In this document: one piece after another, positions 51,038-61,547 of the stretch
Layout of the letters: the number at the start of each line of letters is the position of its first letter
Position numbering within the stretch: the stretch's first letter is position 1
DNA from: Escherichia phage BEU50
Sequence record: OM632671.1
Strand: one strand, 5' to 3'
Length of the DNA stretch: 64,000 bases
The notes under the pieces: generated by a model
The model's input: the letters and a program-made list of their open reading frames with translations, nothing else
The model's database searches: none
What the model was told of the DNA's origin: nothing
Translations under genes and position numbers: made by a program

Positions 51038-51567
51038 TCAAGCAATCCAATAATTTCTGCTATACCCTTAATAGGGCCATTAGGGCCTGGAATAGCAATA
51101 GTTGTCGAAAGGTCTTCTGCCCATTTGATTACAAAAGCAGGCATCTCAAGGAAAGAAATTTCTTTCTCTTCGTCATTAACTTTTATTAAGCAATTTGATA
51201 GCATTTCACTGATTGTAGCGAATTGTTCAAATTTGCCTGGGGGTCTAAAATAAAAAGTATTACCTTGAAATTGGAATTCTGTTCGTTGGCATACATAGAC
51301 GTCATCTAGTTTATAAGTGAATCCATCTTTTTCAACTTCAGACTTAAGTTTGTTATTAAATTCCAATATGTGTAGACATGCAAAATCAAAATCGGCGGGA
51401 CTCATATTTTTACAAATAGAATCAGCTAAGATTTTCATGTTTTCGTCAGGACCTTTAACGTCCTTTAAAAGATTATAATGTTTGAGCCCTAATTTGGGAA
51501 TCATTACCTTTTTATTAGACTGTGGTAGAATTATTTTCTTTAGAGGTAGAATCAGATTTAAGTTCAT
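51034..51567 (-). CDS. 28: baseplate hub distal subunit gp28
   Basis: 177 aa; synteny. Confidence 0.8.
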   Translation of the reverse strand: MNLNLILPLKKIILPQSNKKVMIPKLGLKHYNLLKDVKGPDENMKILADSICKNMSPADFDFACLHILEFNNKLKSEVEKDGFTYKLDDVYVCQRTEFQFQGNTFYFRPPGKFEQFATISEMLSNCLIKVNDEEKEISFLEMPAFVIKWAEDLSTTIAIPGPNGPIKGIAEIIGLLE

Positions 51568-52687
51568 TTTTAACCTTAACTGGGTTAACAGGTTCTAACA
51601 CCATTGAGTTGGTAAACATGTACAGATGAGTTTGTGAGTTGTTATTTGATAACTCATGAATAACTTCATCGACGTAAAATTCGGATTTGAATTGGTTCTT
51701 TTGGTCAACAAATATAATTTTAGTAGCAGGCGTTATGTTAAAATTACCTGTAGTAGTGCATTTAGCATATCCGTCATATTGAGCCATTGTCTGAAGACGA
51801 CTTGCTTCTTCAAATCCATTACGATAGGTCATTTCGGAATATCCACCGGATCTTGACACAAGAATAGCATTATCACCATCGCCTGTAACAATAACCGGAA
51901 TAGATGTATCTAAAAATGAATGGGCGAATATTGTGGCGTTTTTAATAGGGTCTCTTGTAAATTGGTTGGCTTTAGTCATCCAGGTAAAATCCCATACTAA
52001 TGGATACTCAAGCTCTTGAATATACTGACCTACGGTATTTGGCTCGCCTACAACCATCTTAATGCCTTCCTGACCAATAAGAGTATCGTAGTCAATCATG
52101 TTTACGCCTAAAATATCTTGCCATACGAATACGAACTTATCACTCGCTGTAGCAAGTCCTAATTCTCTGACATATGCCAAATAATCATCAAATGTGCTTG
52201 TCCAAGGGATATCAGGAACATAAGCATTAATAGTGTTTATTGGCGGAGTAATTAACGCACGATCTTTGTATATGACACCTAACATTTCACGTATAGATTC
52301 GCCTGCGTCCGGGAAGAATGGTCGCCCAAATTTAAGGTTCTCTATAGAATGTATTGTTCCAAGCTCAATTGCAATAATATTGTCACCTTTTGAGTCCACA
52401 GACACAGAATAATGTCTACATCCATAAATTCGAGTTCTAACTTGGAGAGGTGTGTTTGAATTTGAAACAGAGATTTGAACTATCTGTCTACCATCCATTT
52501 TAGTGTGGATGTTTTTAGTGTCATAAAATTGAAGAATCCCTTCATTTCTTCCATATAGCGAATCTCGCATGGTTAAAGTTGTTATTGTTGCTGCGAGTTC
52601 AACGTATCTATTTTCTTGCCAAGCCGAATAATCTTGGTATAATTTAACGCTTAAGTTAGGATATCCTGGACGTTGGAATACTGTCAT
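51515..52687 (-). CDS. 27: baseplate hub subunit gp27
   Basis: 390 aa; synteny. Confidence 0.85.
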   Translation of the reverse strand: MTVFQRPGYPNLSVKLYQDYSAWQENRYVELAATITTLTMRDSLYGRNEGILQFYDTKNIHTKMDGRQIVQISVSNSNTPLQVRTRIYGCRHYSVSVDSKGDNIIAIELGTIHSIENLKFGRPFFPDAGESIREMLGVIYKDRALITPPINTINAYVPDIPWTSTFDDYLAYVRELGLATASDKFVFVWQDILGVNMIDYDTLIGQEGIKMVVGEPNTVGQYIQELEYPLVWDFTWMTKANQFTRDPIKNATIFAHSFLDTSIPVIVTGDGDNAILVSRSGGYSEMTYRNGFEEASRLQTMAQYDGYAKCTTTGNFNITPATKIIFVDQKNQFKSEFYVDEVIHELSNNNSQTHLYMFTNSMVLEPVNPVKVKNELKSDSTSKENNSTTV

Positions 52688-53436
52688 TTTTTATGGTCCT
52701 TTTCTACTAATGTTAAAGCAATACCACGTTCAACAGGAATCATTTGCATAATAGAATCCAATGTGTATTGACTCTTTACTAGTGAATGGTTTATCTGATA
52801 GAATGTAAAAATCTCATCAGGGTTAACTAACAATTTAAAAACCTCTAAGATATCAGTATATGTTTTAACATGACGTTCACAACAACCTAATCTAAGGGTC
52901 AAATTAATAGGGTTCATAGAAGCAATAACCTTCTCGAGCGAGTCAATGTCTATTGCTTCTATTACTTGGATTTGGTTCTCTTCAGTCAAATCATTCCATG
53001 GGTACCATTCATCATTATAATATATTTCTTTTATGTTTTCACTTATCATTAATGCCTTGTTGTCATAAAACTTTTCAGGGAAAGAAAAACGTATTTTTAT
53101 ACCAGCAACATCAAGTTCAGGTTCGACTAGTTCTTTTTGATATATCTCAAATGGTGCAGTTTTTTCTTTAGAGCATTTAGGGCAAGTGAAAATAACGGGA
53201 ACTTTTGTTTTGCCTATAGAGCCTGCAAAAACTTGCAGGAATATAAATGGTTGCCATGTTTTAGGGTATTCGTTAAAATAATCATCAATCAGATCGGCAA
53301 TTATTTCTTTTTGTTCTTGCGGCGAACGATGTTCGATATCATTTCTAACTAGTAAAAAGTCTCTATAATCCGCTACGGTGAACGGCTTAAAACGATGAAC
53401 ACCATCCGGTAATTTACAACGAATTATATTAGCCAT
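52684..53436 (-). CDS. 51: baseplate hub assembly catalyst gp51
   Basis: 250 aa; synteny; divergent from gene 26. Confidence 0.8.
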   Translation of the reverse strand: MANIIRCKLPDGVHRFKPFTVADYRDFLLVRNDIEHRSPQEQKEIIADLIDDYFNEYPKTWQPFIFLQVFAGSIGKTKVPVIFTCPKCSKEKTAPFEIYQKELVEPELDVAGIKIRFSFPEKFYDNKALMISENIKEIYYNDEWYPWNDLTEENQIQVIEAIDIDSLEKVIASMNPINLTLRLGCCERHVKTYTDILEVFKLLVNPDEIFTFYQINHSLVKSQYTLDSIMQMIPVERGIALTLVEKDHKK

Positions 53437-53453
53437 AATTACTCCTTTTCTAT

Positions 53454-53465
53454 TATTTATAAATA
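53454..53465. promoter_or_regulatory. bidirectional late promoter pair (TATTTATAAATA) for genes 51 and 26
   Basis: Overlapping TATAAATA on both strands between divergent late genes. Confidence 0.6.
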
Positions 53466-53483
53466 CACAATAAAGGAGTTAAC

Positions 53484-54110
53484 ATGTACAAATATACGTT
53501 TACCGTACGTTTAGGCGATAAAGAAGTGAATTGTAGAGCCTTTACTTTAAAAGAATATTTAGGACTCATAGGTGCGCGGGCTACCGGTACTATTGAATCA
53601 GCAGTGAACAATATTATCACTAATTGCTCTAACGCTAAAAACTTGACTAAACAAGAAGCCGAGCTATTGTTGGTAAATCTGTGGGCACATTCGTTAGGTG
53701 AAGTGAATCAAGAACACACCTGGAATTGTTCCTGTGGGCATTCATTTCAAGTCTATATGAATTTATTGCACACTCAATTGGATGAACAGGCCGATCCCTG
53801 GTATTCGTTCAGTGGCATTAAAATTAAGTTCCGTCAACCTAAATTATTTGATGATAAAAATATCGCATTAATGATTGCTTCATGTATTGAGGCCGTTTTT
53901 GTCAATGGAGAGTCCATCCCTGTTGAAGATTTAACTGAAGCAGAAATAAACGACCTTTACGGCCTTATAACAGAAGATGACATGATCAATATTAAAAATC
54001 TTTTGGTATCGCCATCAATTTATCTGGCAACCCCTATTAAATGTCCCAAATGCGGGGCGTCACACGTTCACACAATACGAGGCCTCAAAGAATTCTTTGA
54101 GTTACTATAA
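53484..54110 (+). CDS. 26: baseplate hub subunit gp26
   Basis: 208 aa; synteny. Confidence 0.8.
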   Translation: MYKYTFTVRLGDKEVNCRAFTLKEYLGLIGARATGTIESAVNNIITNCSNAKNLTKQEAELLLVNLWAHSLGEVNQEHTWNCSCGHSFQVYMNLLHTQLDEQADPWYSFSGIKIKFRQPKLFDDKNIALMIASCIEAVFVNGESIPVEDLTEAEINDLYGLITEDDMINIKNLLVSPSIYLATPIKCPKCGASHVHTIRGLKEFFELL

Positions 54111-54508
54111 TGTCTAATATCAATAAACTTTATTCAGATATCGACCCAGAAATGCGCATGGATTGGAACAAGGACGTTGCTCGTTCTGTAGGACTTCGTT
54201 CTATTAAAAATAGTCTTCTTGGTATAGTGACAACTAGAAAAGGCTCACGCCCCTTCGACCCTGAATTTGGATGCGATTTGGTCGACGAACTTTTCGAGAA
54301 CATGACACCGCTTACAGCCGATACGATTGAGCGTAATATCCAGGCAGCCGTCCGCAACTATGAGCCGCGCATCGACAAACTTTCTGTAAGTGTAACGCCA
54401 GTATATGATGACTATACGGTTATAGTAGAGATTAGATTTTCGGTCGTAGATAACCCTGATGATATCGAACAAATCAAACTTCAGTTAGCATCAAGCAATA
54501 GAGTGTAA
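54110..54508 (+). CDS. 25: baseplate wedge subunit gp25
   Basis: 132 aa; synteny. Confidence 0.85.
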   Translation: MSNINKLYSDIDPEMRMDWNKDVARSVGLRSIKNSLLGIVTTRKGSRPFDPEFGCDLVDELFENMTPLTADTIERNIQAAVRNYEPRIDKLSVSVTPVYDDYTVIVEIRFSVVDNPDDIEQIKLQLASSNRV

Positions 54509-54588
54509 TGCTTCAAGGCAACCTATGTATAATGGTTTTAGGTCCTTCCGATACAGCCGGGAGATTATTAGTTAAAAGAGAGAATATT

Positions 54589-55002
54589 ATGAAGCTGGAA
54601 GATTTACAGGAAGAGTTAGACGCAGACTTAGCTATTGATACGACAAAGTTGCAATATGAGACAGCGAATAATGTTAAGTTATACAGCAAATGGCTACGTA
54701 AGCACTCATTTATTCGTAAAGAAATGTTGCGTATAGAGACTCAGAAGAAAACTGCTCTAAAAGCGAGATTAGACTACTACTCGGGACGAGGTGACGGTGA
54801 TGAATTCAGTATGGACCGATACGAGAAATCTGAAATGAAAACTGTCCTGGCTGCAGATAAAGATGTGCTTAAAATAGAGACTACTTTACAATACTGGGGA
54901 ATTTTACTTGAGTTCTGTAGTGGTGCACTTGACGCAGTTAAGTCTCGTAGTTTTGCACTTAAACATATCCAGGATATGCGAGAATTTGAAGCGGGGCAAT
55001 AA
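54589..55002 (+). CDS. uvsY: recombination mediator UvsY
   Basis: 137 aa from ATG 54589 (MKLEDLQEEL...); ORF-track 54508 start is an upstream extension. Confidence 0.85.
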   Translation: MKLEDLQEELDADLAIDTTKLQYETANNVKLYSKWLRKHSFIRKEMLRIETQKKTALKARLDYYSGRGDGDEFSMDRYEKSEMKTVLAADKDVLKIETTLQYWGILLEFCSGALDAVKSRSFALKHIQDMREFEAGQ

Positions 55003-55226
55003 TGCGTTATTCAATTGAAGATGCCTTTAATAACGATGAAGAATTTGAAACTGAAATTAAATTCTTAATGGAAAAGTATCGTCTACGTCGTCAGGATATT
55101 CGTATCCTGGCAGACCACCCTTGTGGCGAAGACGTCCTTTATATTAAAGGGAAGTTTGCTGGGTACATCGACGAGTATTTTTATACAAAAGATATGGGTA
55201 TCGATATGTGCATGCGAATGGTATAA
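55002..55226 (+). CDS. hypothetical protein (74 aa)
   Basis: ORF track. Confidence 0.5.
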   Translation: MRYSIEDAFNNDEEFETEIKFLMEKYRLRRQDIRILADHPCGEDVLYIKGKFAGYIDEYFYTKDMGIDMCMRMV

Positions 55227-55258
55227 ATAGATATGTAATTTCAACTTAGGAGGCAATC

Positions 55259-55426
55259 ATGTCAGATAAGATTTGTGTTGTCTGTAAAACTCCAATCGAT
55301 TCTGCATTGGTTGTTGAAACAGACAAAGGTCCAGCACATCCTGGTCCTTGTTATAATTATGTCCAACAATTGCCGGTTTCAGAAAGTTCAGAAGAGCAAT
55401 TGAACGAAACCCAACTTTTACTATAG
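55259..55426 (+). CDS. small Cys-containing protein (55 aa)
   Basis: Not in ORF track; strong SD TAGGAGG 7 nt before ATG; CVVC...C. Confidence 0.45.
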   Translation: MSDKICVVCKTPIDSALVVETDKGPAHPGPCYNYVQQLPVSESSEEQLNETQLLL

Positions 55427-55484
55427 TGTTACCTTTTTTGCCTATGGTTTTTGGCCCTTCCAAAAAGGTCGGGCCTTTTTTTAA

Positions 55485-55715
55485 TTAGAAGTCTTCTTCC
55501 GCATCCTCATCGTCGCCTTCAAGTTCGGCACGCTTACCTGCTAAGGCATCCCTGACAGAAATATCATCTGTATCTTTTAATTCCGTTTCTTTTATACGTT
55601 TCTTATAATAAGCTTCCAATTCTTCAAGCCCTTCTAAGGTATGACAACTAGCAATTTTACCCATGAATTCGTCAATAGATGCTTCGTATAAAAATTGTTT
55701 AAATTCAAGTACCAT
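55485..55715 (-). CDS. uvsW.1: UvsW.1 small acidic protein
   Basis: 76 aa immediately downstream of uvsW. Confidence 0.65.
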   Translation of the reverse strand: MVLEFKQFLYEASIDEFMGKIASCHTLEGLEELEAYYKKRIKETELKDTDDISVRDALAGKRAELEGDDEDAEEDF

Positions 55716-55740
55716 TTTTATCTCCTAAGGGCCGAAGCCC

Positions 55741-57255
55741 TTATAAATTAATTGTTTTCATTACATAGTTAAATTTCTCATCAGCGTAACGTTGGATACG
55801 ATCAATACCGTGTTTTAACAAGTAATTAAGATGAGTATACTTCTTTTTAGTATTTAATGATTTAGGTTTTACACCTGCGTCATCTATGAGATCCCAAACT
55901 GTAGCAACAGCTTTAGAACCGTGCTTACGAAGCACACGACCTACGGTTTGAAGTACGATAATTTTTGATTTAACACCATGGGCAAAAATAACATGATGAA
56001 GATTCTTGACTGAAATACCAGTAGAGAATACTCCATATGATGCAACAATAATAATGCCTTTACCATTTTCTGCCATGACTTTAAGCGCGTTACGTGTTTC
56101 AGTATCAACTTCACCTGATACGTAATAAACTTTTTCGTATCCAAGCTCTTTAATAGCTTCAAATATTTCTTTACCGTGTGTAACGTGTTTAAACATTACA
56201 AAGGCGTTCTCGTCTTTCTTAGCCAATTTGACTGAAAGTTGAGCAATCCACTTTGTACGTCGTTTTAGTCCGGTAATAATTTTAACTTCTTCTTGGTATG
56301 TTTTACCTTTTAATTTAACAGTGAATTCGTCCGGATAACGAAGGAAAATACTATTAATCTTAAGCTCAGTTACCTGTCCATCTTCCATTAATTTAGACGT
56401 GCTAACAGGACGGAAGATTTCGCCGAACATGCCTACATACTGCATTACATTGGCTTTTCCGTCTCTTAATGAGCCGGATAAACCGAATTTAAACATGCAA
56501 TTATTTAATCCTGAGATGATTGAAGAAATACTTTTGCCTGTTGCTAAGTGGCATTCATCGTTCATCATCATACCGAACTGAGAGAACCATTCTTTAGGCT
56601 GCTTAACTACCGTTTGCCATGTGCCAACAATAATTGGAGCGTCGTTTTTAGATTTGTCCGCTTTATCAGCACCACCGCCAATTTTCTTAATCATCGAATG
56701 ACTAAACAAGCGATAATCAACAAAATCATTAGCCATCTGGGTTGTCAATGCTGTTGTAGGGACGATAATGAGAATTTTACCTTCATAGTTCTCTAGATAA
56801 TACCGAGCTAAAAGTGCTTGGATTAGTGATTTACCTGCTGATGTCGGAAGGTTTAAAATTCGACGACGATTAACTAGTCCTTCATATACTGCATCTTTTT
56901 GATACCAATGTGGTTCGATTTTGGCATTGCCGGAATAAATTTCTTGTTTAGAAAGCCATGCGTCAAAATCTTCCCTGGTAAGGTCTTCGGTCTCAAAGAT
57001 TTTAGGGTCAATCCATACAGAATAACTCATATTGTTACAGAACTTTTTTATTTGTCCTACAAGTCCATATGGTAACAAACGATTGTAATCTAAAAGTCGA
57101 ATTCTACCATCCCAGTTCCCATATTTGTAACGCGGGTTGAATTTGTACCCATCGGCTTCAAAGCTAAAAAAGTCACGAAGTTCGTAAAACGTACTTTCGT
57201 CGCATTCAATGCGCACGTGACTAAAATCATAAAAATGTACTTTAATATCTGTCAT
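55741..57255 (-). CDS. uvsW: UvsW DNA/RNA helicase (SF2)
   Basis: 504 aa; Walker A LPTSAGKS, DExH-type box. Confidence 0.88.
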   Translation of the reverse strand: MTDIKVHFYDFSHVRIECDESTFYELRDFFSFEADGYKFNPRYKYGNWDGRIRLLDYNRLLPYGLVGQIKKFCNNMSYSVWIDPKIFETEDLTREDFDAWLSKQEIYSGNAKIEPHWYQKDAVYEGLVNRRRILNLPTSAGKSLIQALLARYYLENYEGKILIIVPTTALTTQMANDFVDYRLFSHSMIKKIGGGADKADKSKNDAPIIVGTWQTVVKQPKEWFSQFGMMMNDECHLATGKSISSIISGLNNCMFKFGLSGSLRDGKANVMQYVGMFGEIFRPVSTSKLMEDGQVTELKINSIFLRYPDEFTVKLKGKTYQEEVKIITGLKRRTKWIAQLSVKLAKKDENAFVMFKHVTHGKEIFEAIKELGYEKVYYVSGEVDTETRNALKVMAENGKGIIIVASYGVFSTGISVKNLHHVIFAHGVKSKIIVLQTVGRVLRKHGSKAVATVWDLIDDAGVKPKSLNTKKKYTHLNYLLKHGIDRIQRYADEKFNYVMKTINL

Positions 57256-57260
57256 AATAA

Positions 57261-58004
57261 TTACCTTAAACGGCCTTTAACATATCCATCTGGGATGGAT
57301 AACGGATTTACTAATTTATTTATAGCCCCGTTATTTACCCATATTCTGCCGGTGGTCGTAGGTTTTACTTCACAGCCCTTTCTAGATTTTCTATTAAGTT
57401 GGACCATTCCTTTTACAAATCCTTCAGGCATCGGGTCCTCGGCTGATATAAATCTGTTTTCTTTACCGTTGTTAACACAAATTTTATTTAGAGTTGTAGG
57501 ATTTTTAGGACCTTTAATTTTATCAATCTTTGGCTTTCCTGTACCATACCGCCCGTGGCATGTTGGGTCTTCAGAGTATCGACGTTTATTTGTTTCAGAT
57601 AGTTTTCTTTTTGTTTCTTCCGATCTGTGTTTTCCTAAAAGATTATGACCAAGCCTCTTTATTCGTTCTTTAGCACTATTAGACATTTTAGTCTTATCAG
57701 CTTCGGTGTACTTATACCTTCCACCTTCACCGCCTTGGCGCATATTATAATACTCGTTAGATTTGACCAAATCCTCTGTTACTAACTGAGCTTCGTATTC
57801 TAAAGCTTCAGCGGAAGTTTCAAATTGTTTAATTATTGAACGTTTAAATGATTCTTCTCCGTATTTTTTGATAGCGCGATTTAAGGCAACACCTGACCCT
57901 AGATACGAATCATTTAAATTTTCTGTAGAATGTTTGCCAATGTACTTTTTACCATTGATTAAATTTACGGTCTCATAAACAAAGTGATACATACTCTTTT
58001 CCAT
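57261..58004 (-). CDS. segE: GIY-YIG homing endonuclease (segE-like)
   Basis: MYHFVYETVNLINGKKYIGKHS GIY-YIG module; start trimmed to Met 14 of ORF-track frame. Confidence 0.7.
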   Translation of the reverse strand: MEKSMYHFVYETVNLINGKKYIGKHSTENLNDSYLGSGVALNRAIKKYGEESFKRSIIKQFETSAEALEYEAQLVTEDLVKSNEYYNMRQGGEGGRYKYTEADKTKMSNSAKERIKRLGHNLLGKHRSEETKRKLSETNKRRYSEDPTCHGRYGTGKPKIDKIKGPKNPTTLNKICVNNGKENRFISAEDPMPEGFVKGMVQLNRKSRKGCEVKPTTTGRIWVNNGAINKLVNPLSIPDGYVKGRLR

Positions 58005-58041
58005 GTAATAAATATAGTTATATTTATAATGAGGAAATATC

Positions 58042-58710
58042 ATGATCGATAAAGACTATATTGAAGAGTTACGTGCTCTTTCTGATAAAAAGGAAGCCAA
58101 AGCTAAACTGTTTGAATATGCGGAACAATTTGGCATTAGTGTTAAGAAAACAAAATCATTCGATAATATTGTTATTGATATCGAAGAAGCTCTTAACGCA
58201 CTGGCTGATGAACCATTACCTGAAACTGATGGATTATCTATCACTGATTTAATTACTGCCGCAGATGATGTGGACGGTGTTAATTTCACCAACGAAGAAG
58301 TTAAAGAAGAAGCTATTCTGTTGTTTGATTCTCCAACAGAACAAGTTGAAGTATTAGAAGTTGTCGAACAAGAAAAAGAATTCGACCATGATAAATTCAA
58401 AGAAGCAATTACTCAGGTTGTTGAATCTGAAAAAGAGCCTGAGACAGAGGTAAATAAAGAAGTAAAATTTGTTCTGCCTGAAAATTTTAGTCCTACACTC
58501 ATTAAATTAGGCAAAGGCCTAGGATATGTTACTGTTCCTTGGTGGATTTATCAATGGATCGCTGAAACCCCAGATTGGAAATCTCGCCCAACTAGTTTTG
58601 TGCATGCTTCTGCTCACCAAACATTATTTAGCTTAATTTATTATATTAATCGCGATGGATCAGTTCTAATTCGTGAAACTCGTAATTCTTCTTTCGTAAC
58701 ATTAAAATAA
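58042..58710 (+). CDS. inh: hypothetical acidic protein, possibly Inh (prohead protease inhibitor)
   Basis: 222 aa, acidic; position between segE and hoc as in T4. Confidence 0.5.
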   Translation: MIDKDYIEELRALSDKKEAKAKLFEYAEQFGISVKKTKSFDNIVIDIEEALNALADEPLPETDGLSITDLITAADDVDGVNFTNEEVKEEAILLFDSPTEQVEVLEVVEQEKEFDHDKFKEAITQVVESEKEPETEVNKEVKFVLPENFSPTLIKLGKGLGYVTVPWWIYQWIAETPDWKSRPTSFVHASAHQTLFSLIYYINRDGSVLIRETRNSSFVTLK

Positions 58711-58719
58711 GGATAACTT

Positions 58720-59850
58720 ATGGCTTTTACAGTTAATATAACTCCTAAAACACCTACTGGAGTTATAGGACAGACTCAGCAGTTTACTGTCACACCCAGT
58801 GGTCAGGCTGAAGGTGGAACTATTACATATGCTTGGACTGTGGATGATGCTCCTCAAGTAGGATCGGCAGAAACTTTTGATTACGTGTTAAAAGGACCTG
58901 CTGGAACAAAAACAATTAAAGTTGTTGCAACAAATACTATTCCTGATACTGACGCTGAAACAGCAGAAATTACTACGACTATCACGGTTAAAAATAAAAC
59001 TCAGACAACTACGTTGGCAGTAACTCCCAATAGTCCTCCAGCAGGAGTAATTGGAACAGCTGTTAAATTTACCGCTGCTTTGGCTTCGAAGCCATCAGGT
59101 GCATCTGCTACGTACCAATGGTATGTTGACGGTTCTCAAGTTAGTGGAGAAACTAACTCTACATTTAGCTATACTCCAACTACAAGTGGAGTTAAAAAAA
59201 TTAAATGCGTAGCCCAAGTAACCGCGGCAGATTATGATGCAAAGGAAGTTACTTCTAATGAAGTATCATTAACGGTTAATAAGAAGACAATGAATCCACA
59301 GGTTACATTGACTCCTCCTTCTATTAACGTTCAGCAAGATGCTTCGGCTACATTTACCGCTAATGTCACTGATGCACCACCAGAAGCACAAATTACTTAT
59401 TCATGGAAGAAAGATTCTTCTCCTGTAGAAGGGTCAACTAATGTATATACCGTTGATACCTCGTCTATTGGAAGTCAAACTATTGAAGTTACTGCAACTA
59501 TTACTGCAACTGATTACGATAGCAAAACTATTACAGCAGAAGGTCAAGTTCAGGTAACTGATAAAGTTGCTCCAGAACCAGAAGGTGAACTACCTTATGT
59601 TCATCCTCTTCCACATCGTACTTCAGCTTACATCTGGTGCGGATGGTGGGTTATGGATGAAATCCAAAAAATGACTGAAGAAGGTAAAGATTGGAAAACT
59701 GAAGATCCAGATAGTAAATACTACCTGCATCGTTACACTCTTCAGAAGATGATGAAAGACTATCCGGAAGTTGATGTTCAAGAATCACGTAATGGATACA
59801 TCATCCATAAAACTGCTTTGGAAACTGGTATCATCTATACATATCCATAA
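58720..59850 (+). CDS. hoc: highly immunogenic outer capsid protein Hoc (Ig-like repeats)
   Basis: 376 aa; three Thr/Val-rich Ig-like repeats plus C-terminal capsid-binding domain. Confidence 0.85.
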   Translation: MAFTVNITPKTPTGVIGQTQQFTVTPSGQAEGGTITYAWTVDDAPQVGSAETFDYVLKGPAGTKTIKVVATNTIPDTDAETAEITTTITVKNKTQTTTLAVTPNSPPAGVIGTAVKFTAALASKPSGASATYQWYVDGSQVSGETNSTFSYTPTTSGVKKIKCVAQVTAADYDAKEVTSNEVSLTVNKKTMNPQVTLTPPSINVQQDASATFTANVTDAPPEAQITYSWKKDSSPVEGSTNVYTVDTSSIGSQTIEVTATITATDYDSKTITAEGQVQVTDKVAPEPEGELPYVHPLPHRTSAYIWCGWWVMDEIQKMTEEGKDWKTEDPDSKYYLHRYTLQKMMKDYPEVDVQESRNGYIIHKTALETGIIYTYP

Positions 59851-59856
59851 TCGTAA

Positions 59857-59883
59857 GGGGCTTCGGCCCCTTTCTTCGTTTTT
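59857..59883 (+). terminator. rho-independent terminator candidate
   Basis: GGGGC-TTCG-GCCCC hairpin then TTTCTTCGTTTTT. Confidence 0.6.
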
Positions 59884-59945
59884 AAAGCATACAAAACACA
59901 ACTTGAGATTGATGTATATAATGGCACAAACCAAATAATACGGGA

Positions 59946-60146
59946 TTGATTATGAGAGCTGAAGTTGAAGTTTATACATTACATGAGGCGGGATTTTCAT
60001 TCGTAGAAATTGCTCAAAAAATTGGTTTACAACCTAAAGAAGTTGGATTACTATGGACTAAAGCCGAGACAGCTCGGTCAAAGTTTAAAGCAAAAGAAAA
60101 AGTTGTATACCGTAAACGTTTGATTAACAAAAAGGTGAAGAAATGA
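59946..60146 (+). CDS. hypothetical protein (66 aa)
   Basis: ORF track. Confidence 0.45.
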   Translation: MIMRAEVEVYTLHEAGFSFVEIAQKIGLQPKEVGLLWTKAETARSKFKAKEKVVYRKRLINKKVKK

Positions 60147-60394
60147 GTTTTGCACAGGAATTAAGAGAAAGGGCACTGGCCACTAAAGCTAATTTGTTGA
60201 GTGATTTTATTACTAACTTCTCTGTGATGGCAGAGAAAGCCGCTGATAAAGGCCAGACACAATTCACGTACTACCCGTCAAAGAACGATTTAACTATAAC
60301 TGAACAAGTCGGTCAATGGCTTCGTGATAACGGCTTTCAGTACAAAATTAATCACGACCAGCGTGATGGGCACTGGATAGAAATCAAGTTCTAG
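60143..60394 (+). CDS. hypothetical protein (83 aa)
   Basis: ORF track. Confidence 0.5.
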   Translation: MSFAQELRERALATKANLLSDFITNFSVMAEKAADKGQTQFTYYPSKNDLTITEQVGQWLRDNGFQYKINHDQRDGHWIEIKF

Positions 60395-60395
60395 T

Positions 60396-60422
60396 ATGCT
60401 TTACATTTTTTGATGGTATAAT
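60396..60422 (+). promoter_or_regulatory. MotA-type middle promoter candidate (rnlB)
   Basis: ATGCTTTA MotA box, 13-nt spacer, TATAAT. Confidence 0.45.
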
Positions 60423-60513
60423 GAATCTAGGTTCTATCCATTCAAATTAAACATCCGGTCAGAGATAGAGTCTCTGCTAATTATTTTGATATTATTATTT
60501 ATAATGGTGATTT

Positions 60514-61512
60514 ATGTTTAAGAAATACAGCAGTCTTGAAAACCACTACAACTCTAAGTTTATTGAAAAACTCTACACTAATGGTTTGACTACTGGTGTT
60601 TGGGTAGCACGTGAGAAAATCCATGGGACTAACTTCTCGTTAATAATTGAACGTGACAACGTCACATGCGCCAAGCGCACAGGCCCTATTCTTCCAGCAG
60701 AAGATTTTTATGGTTATGAAATCGTACTCAAGAAGTATGATAAAGCTATTAAAGCCGTTCAGGAATTCATGTACACAGCTCGAGCCGTATCATATCAAGT
60801 ATTTGGTGAATTCGCTGGTGGTGGAATCCAGAAAGGTGTTGACTACGGTGAAAAAGATTTTTATGTGTTCGATATCCTTATCAATACAGAAAGTGGTGAT
60901 AATACGTATTTGACCGATTACGAAATGCAAGATTTCTGTAATGAATTCGGTTTTAAAATGGCACCAATGCTTGGACGTGGCACATTTGATGCTCTTATCA
61001 TGATTCCAAACGACCTTGATTCTGTCTTAGCCGCTTATAATGCTACTGCGTCAGAAGACCTTGTCGAAGCAAATAATTGTGTATTTGATGCTAATGTTAT
61101 TGGCGATAATACGGCAGAAGGTTATGTTCTGAAGCCTTGTTTCCCTAAATGGCTGCCAAACGGTACTCGTGTAGCTATTAAGTGCAAGAACTCTAAATTC
61201 AGTGAAAAGAAAAAGTCTGATAAGCCTATTAAAACTCAGGTTCCATTAACCGAAATTGACAAAAACTTGCTTGATGTTCTAGCTTGTTATGTTACATTAA
61301 ACCGTGTTAATAATGTGATTTCTAAGATTGGGACTGTAACGCCAAAAGATTTTGGCAAAGTGATGGGATTGACTGTTCAAGATATTCTGGAAGAAACTTC
61401 TCGTGAAGGTATTGTATTAACATCATCTGATAATCCGAATCTTGTTAAGAAAGAATTAGTCCGAATGGTGCAAGATGTTCTGCGTCCTGCATGGATTGAA
61501 TTAGTATCATAA
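60514..61512 (+). CDS. rnlB: RNA ligase 2
   Basis: 332 aa; nucleotidyltransferase KIHGTN motif; T4 Rnl2 family. Confidence 0.88.
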   Translation: MFKKYSSLENHYNSKFIEKLYTNGLTTGVWVAREKIHGTNFSLIIERDNVTCAKRTGPILPAEDFYGYEIVLKKYDKAIKAVQEFMYTARAVSYQVFGEFAGGGIQKGVDYGEKDFYVFDILINTESGDNTYLTDYEMQDFCNEFGFKMAPMLGRGTFDALIMIPNDLDSVLAAYNATASEDLVEANNCVFDANVIGDNTAEGYVLKPCFPKWLPNGTRVAIKCKNSKFSEKKKSDKPIKTQVPLTEIDKNLLDVLACYVTLNRVNNVISKIGTVTPKDFGKVMGLTVQDILEETSREGIVLTSSDNPNLVKKELVRMVQDVLRPAWIELVS

Positions 61513-61514
61513 CG

Positions 61515-61547
61515 AAAAAGGGACCGTAAGGTCCCCTTTTTTTTTGT
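61515..61547. terminator. bidirectional rho-independent terminator between convergent rnlB and gene 24
   Basis: AAAAA-GGGACC-GTAA-GGTCCC-TTTTTTTTTT. Confidence 0.65.

Noticed and set aside
54508-54588. Upstream extension of uvsY (ORF-track start 54508, 164 aa)
   Set aside because: UvsY family proteins are about 137 aa and begin M(K/R)LEDLQEEL; the ATG at 54589 fits.
55257-55463. ORF-track minus-strand ORF (68 aa) between uvsY region and uvsW.1
   Set aside because: The plus strand carries a 55-aa ORF at 55259-55426 with a strong TAGGAGG Shine-Dalgarno, co-oriented with the uvsY operon; the antisense ORF has no comparable start context.
58720-59850. Repeat structure in hoc
   Set aside because: These are the Ig-like domain repeats of the outer capsid protein, not a mobile or CRISPR repeat.
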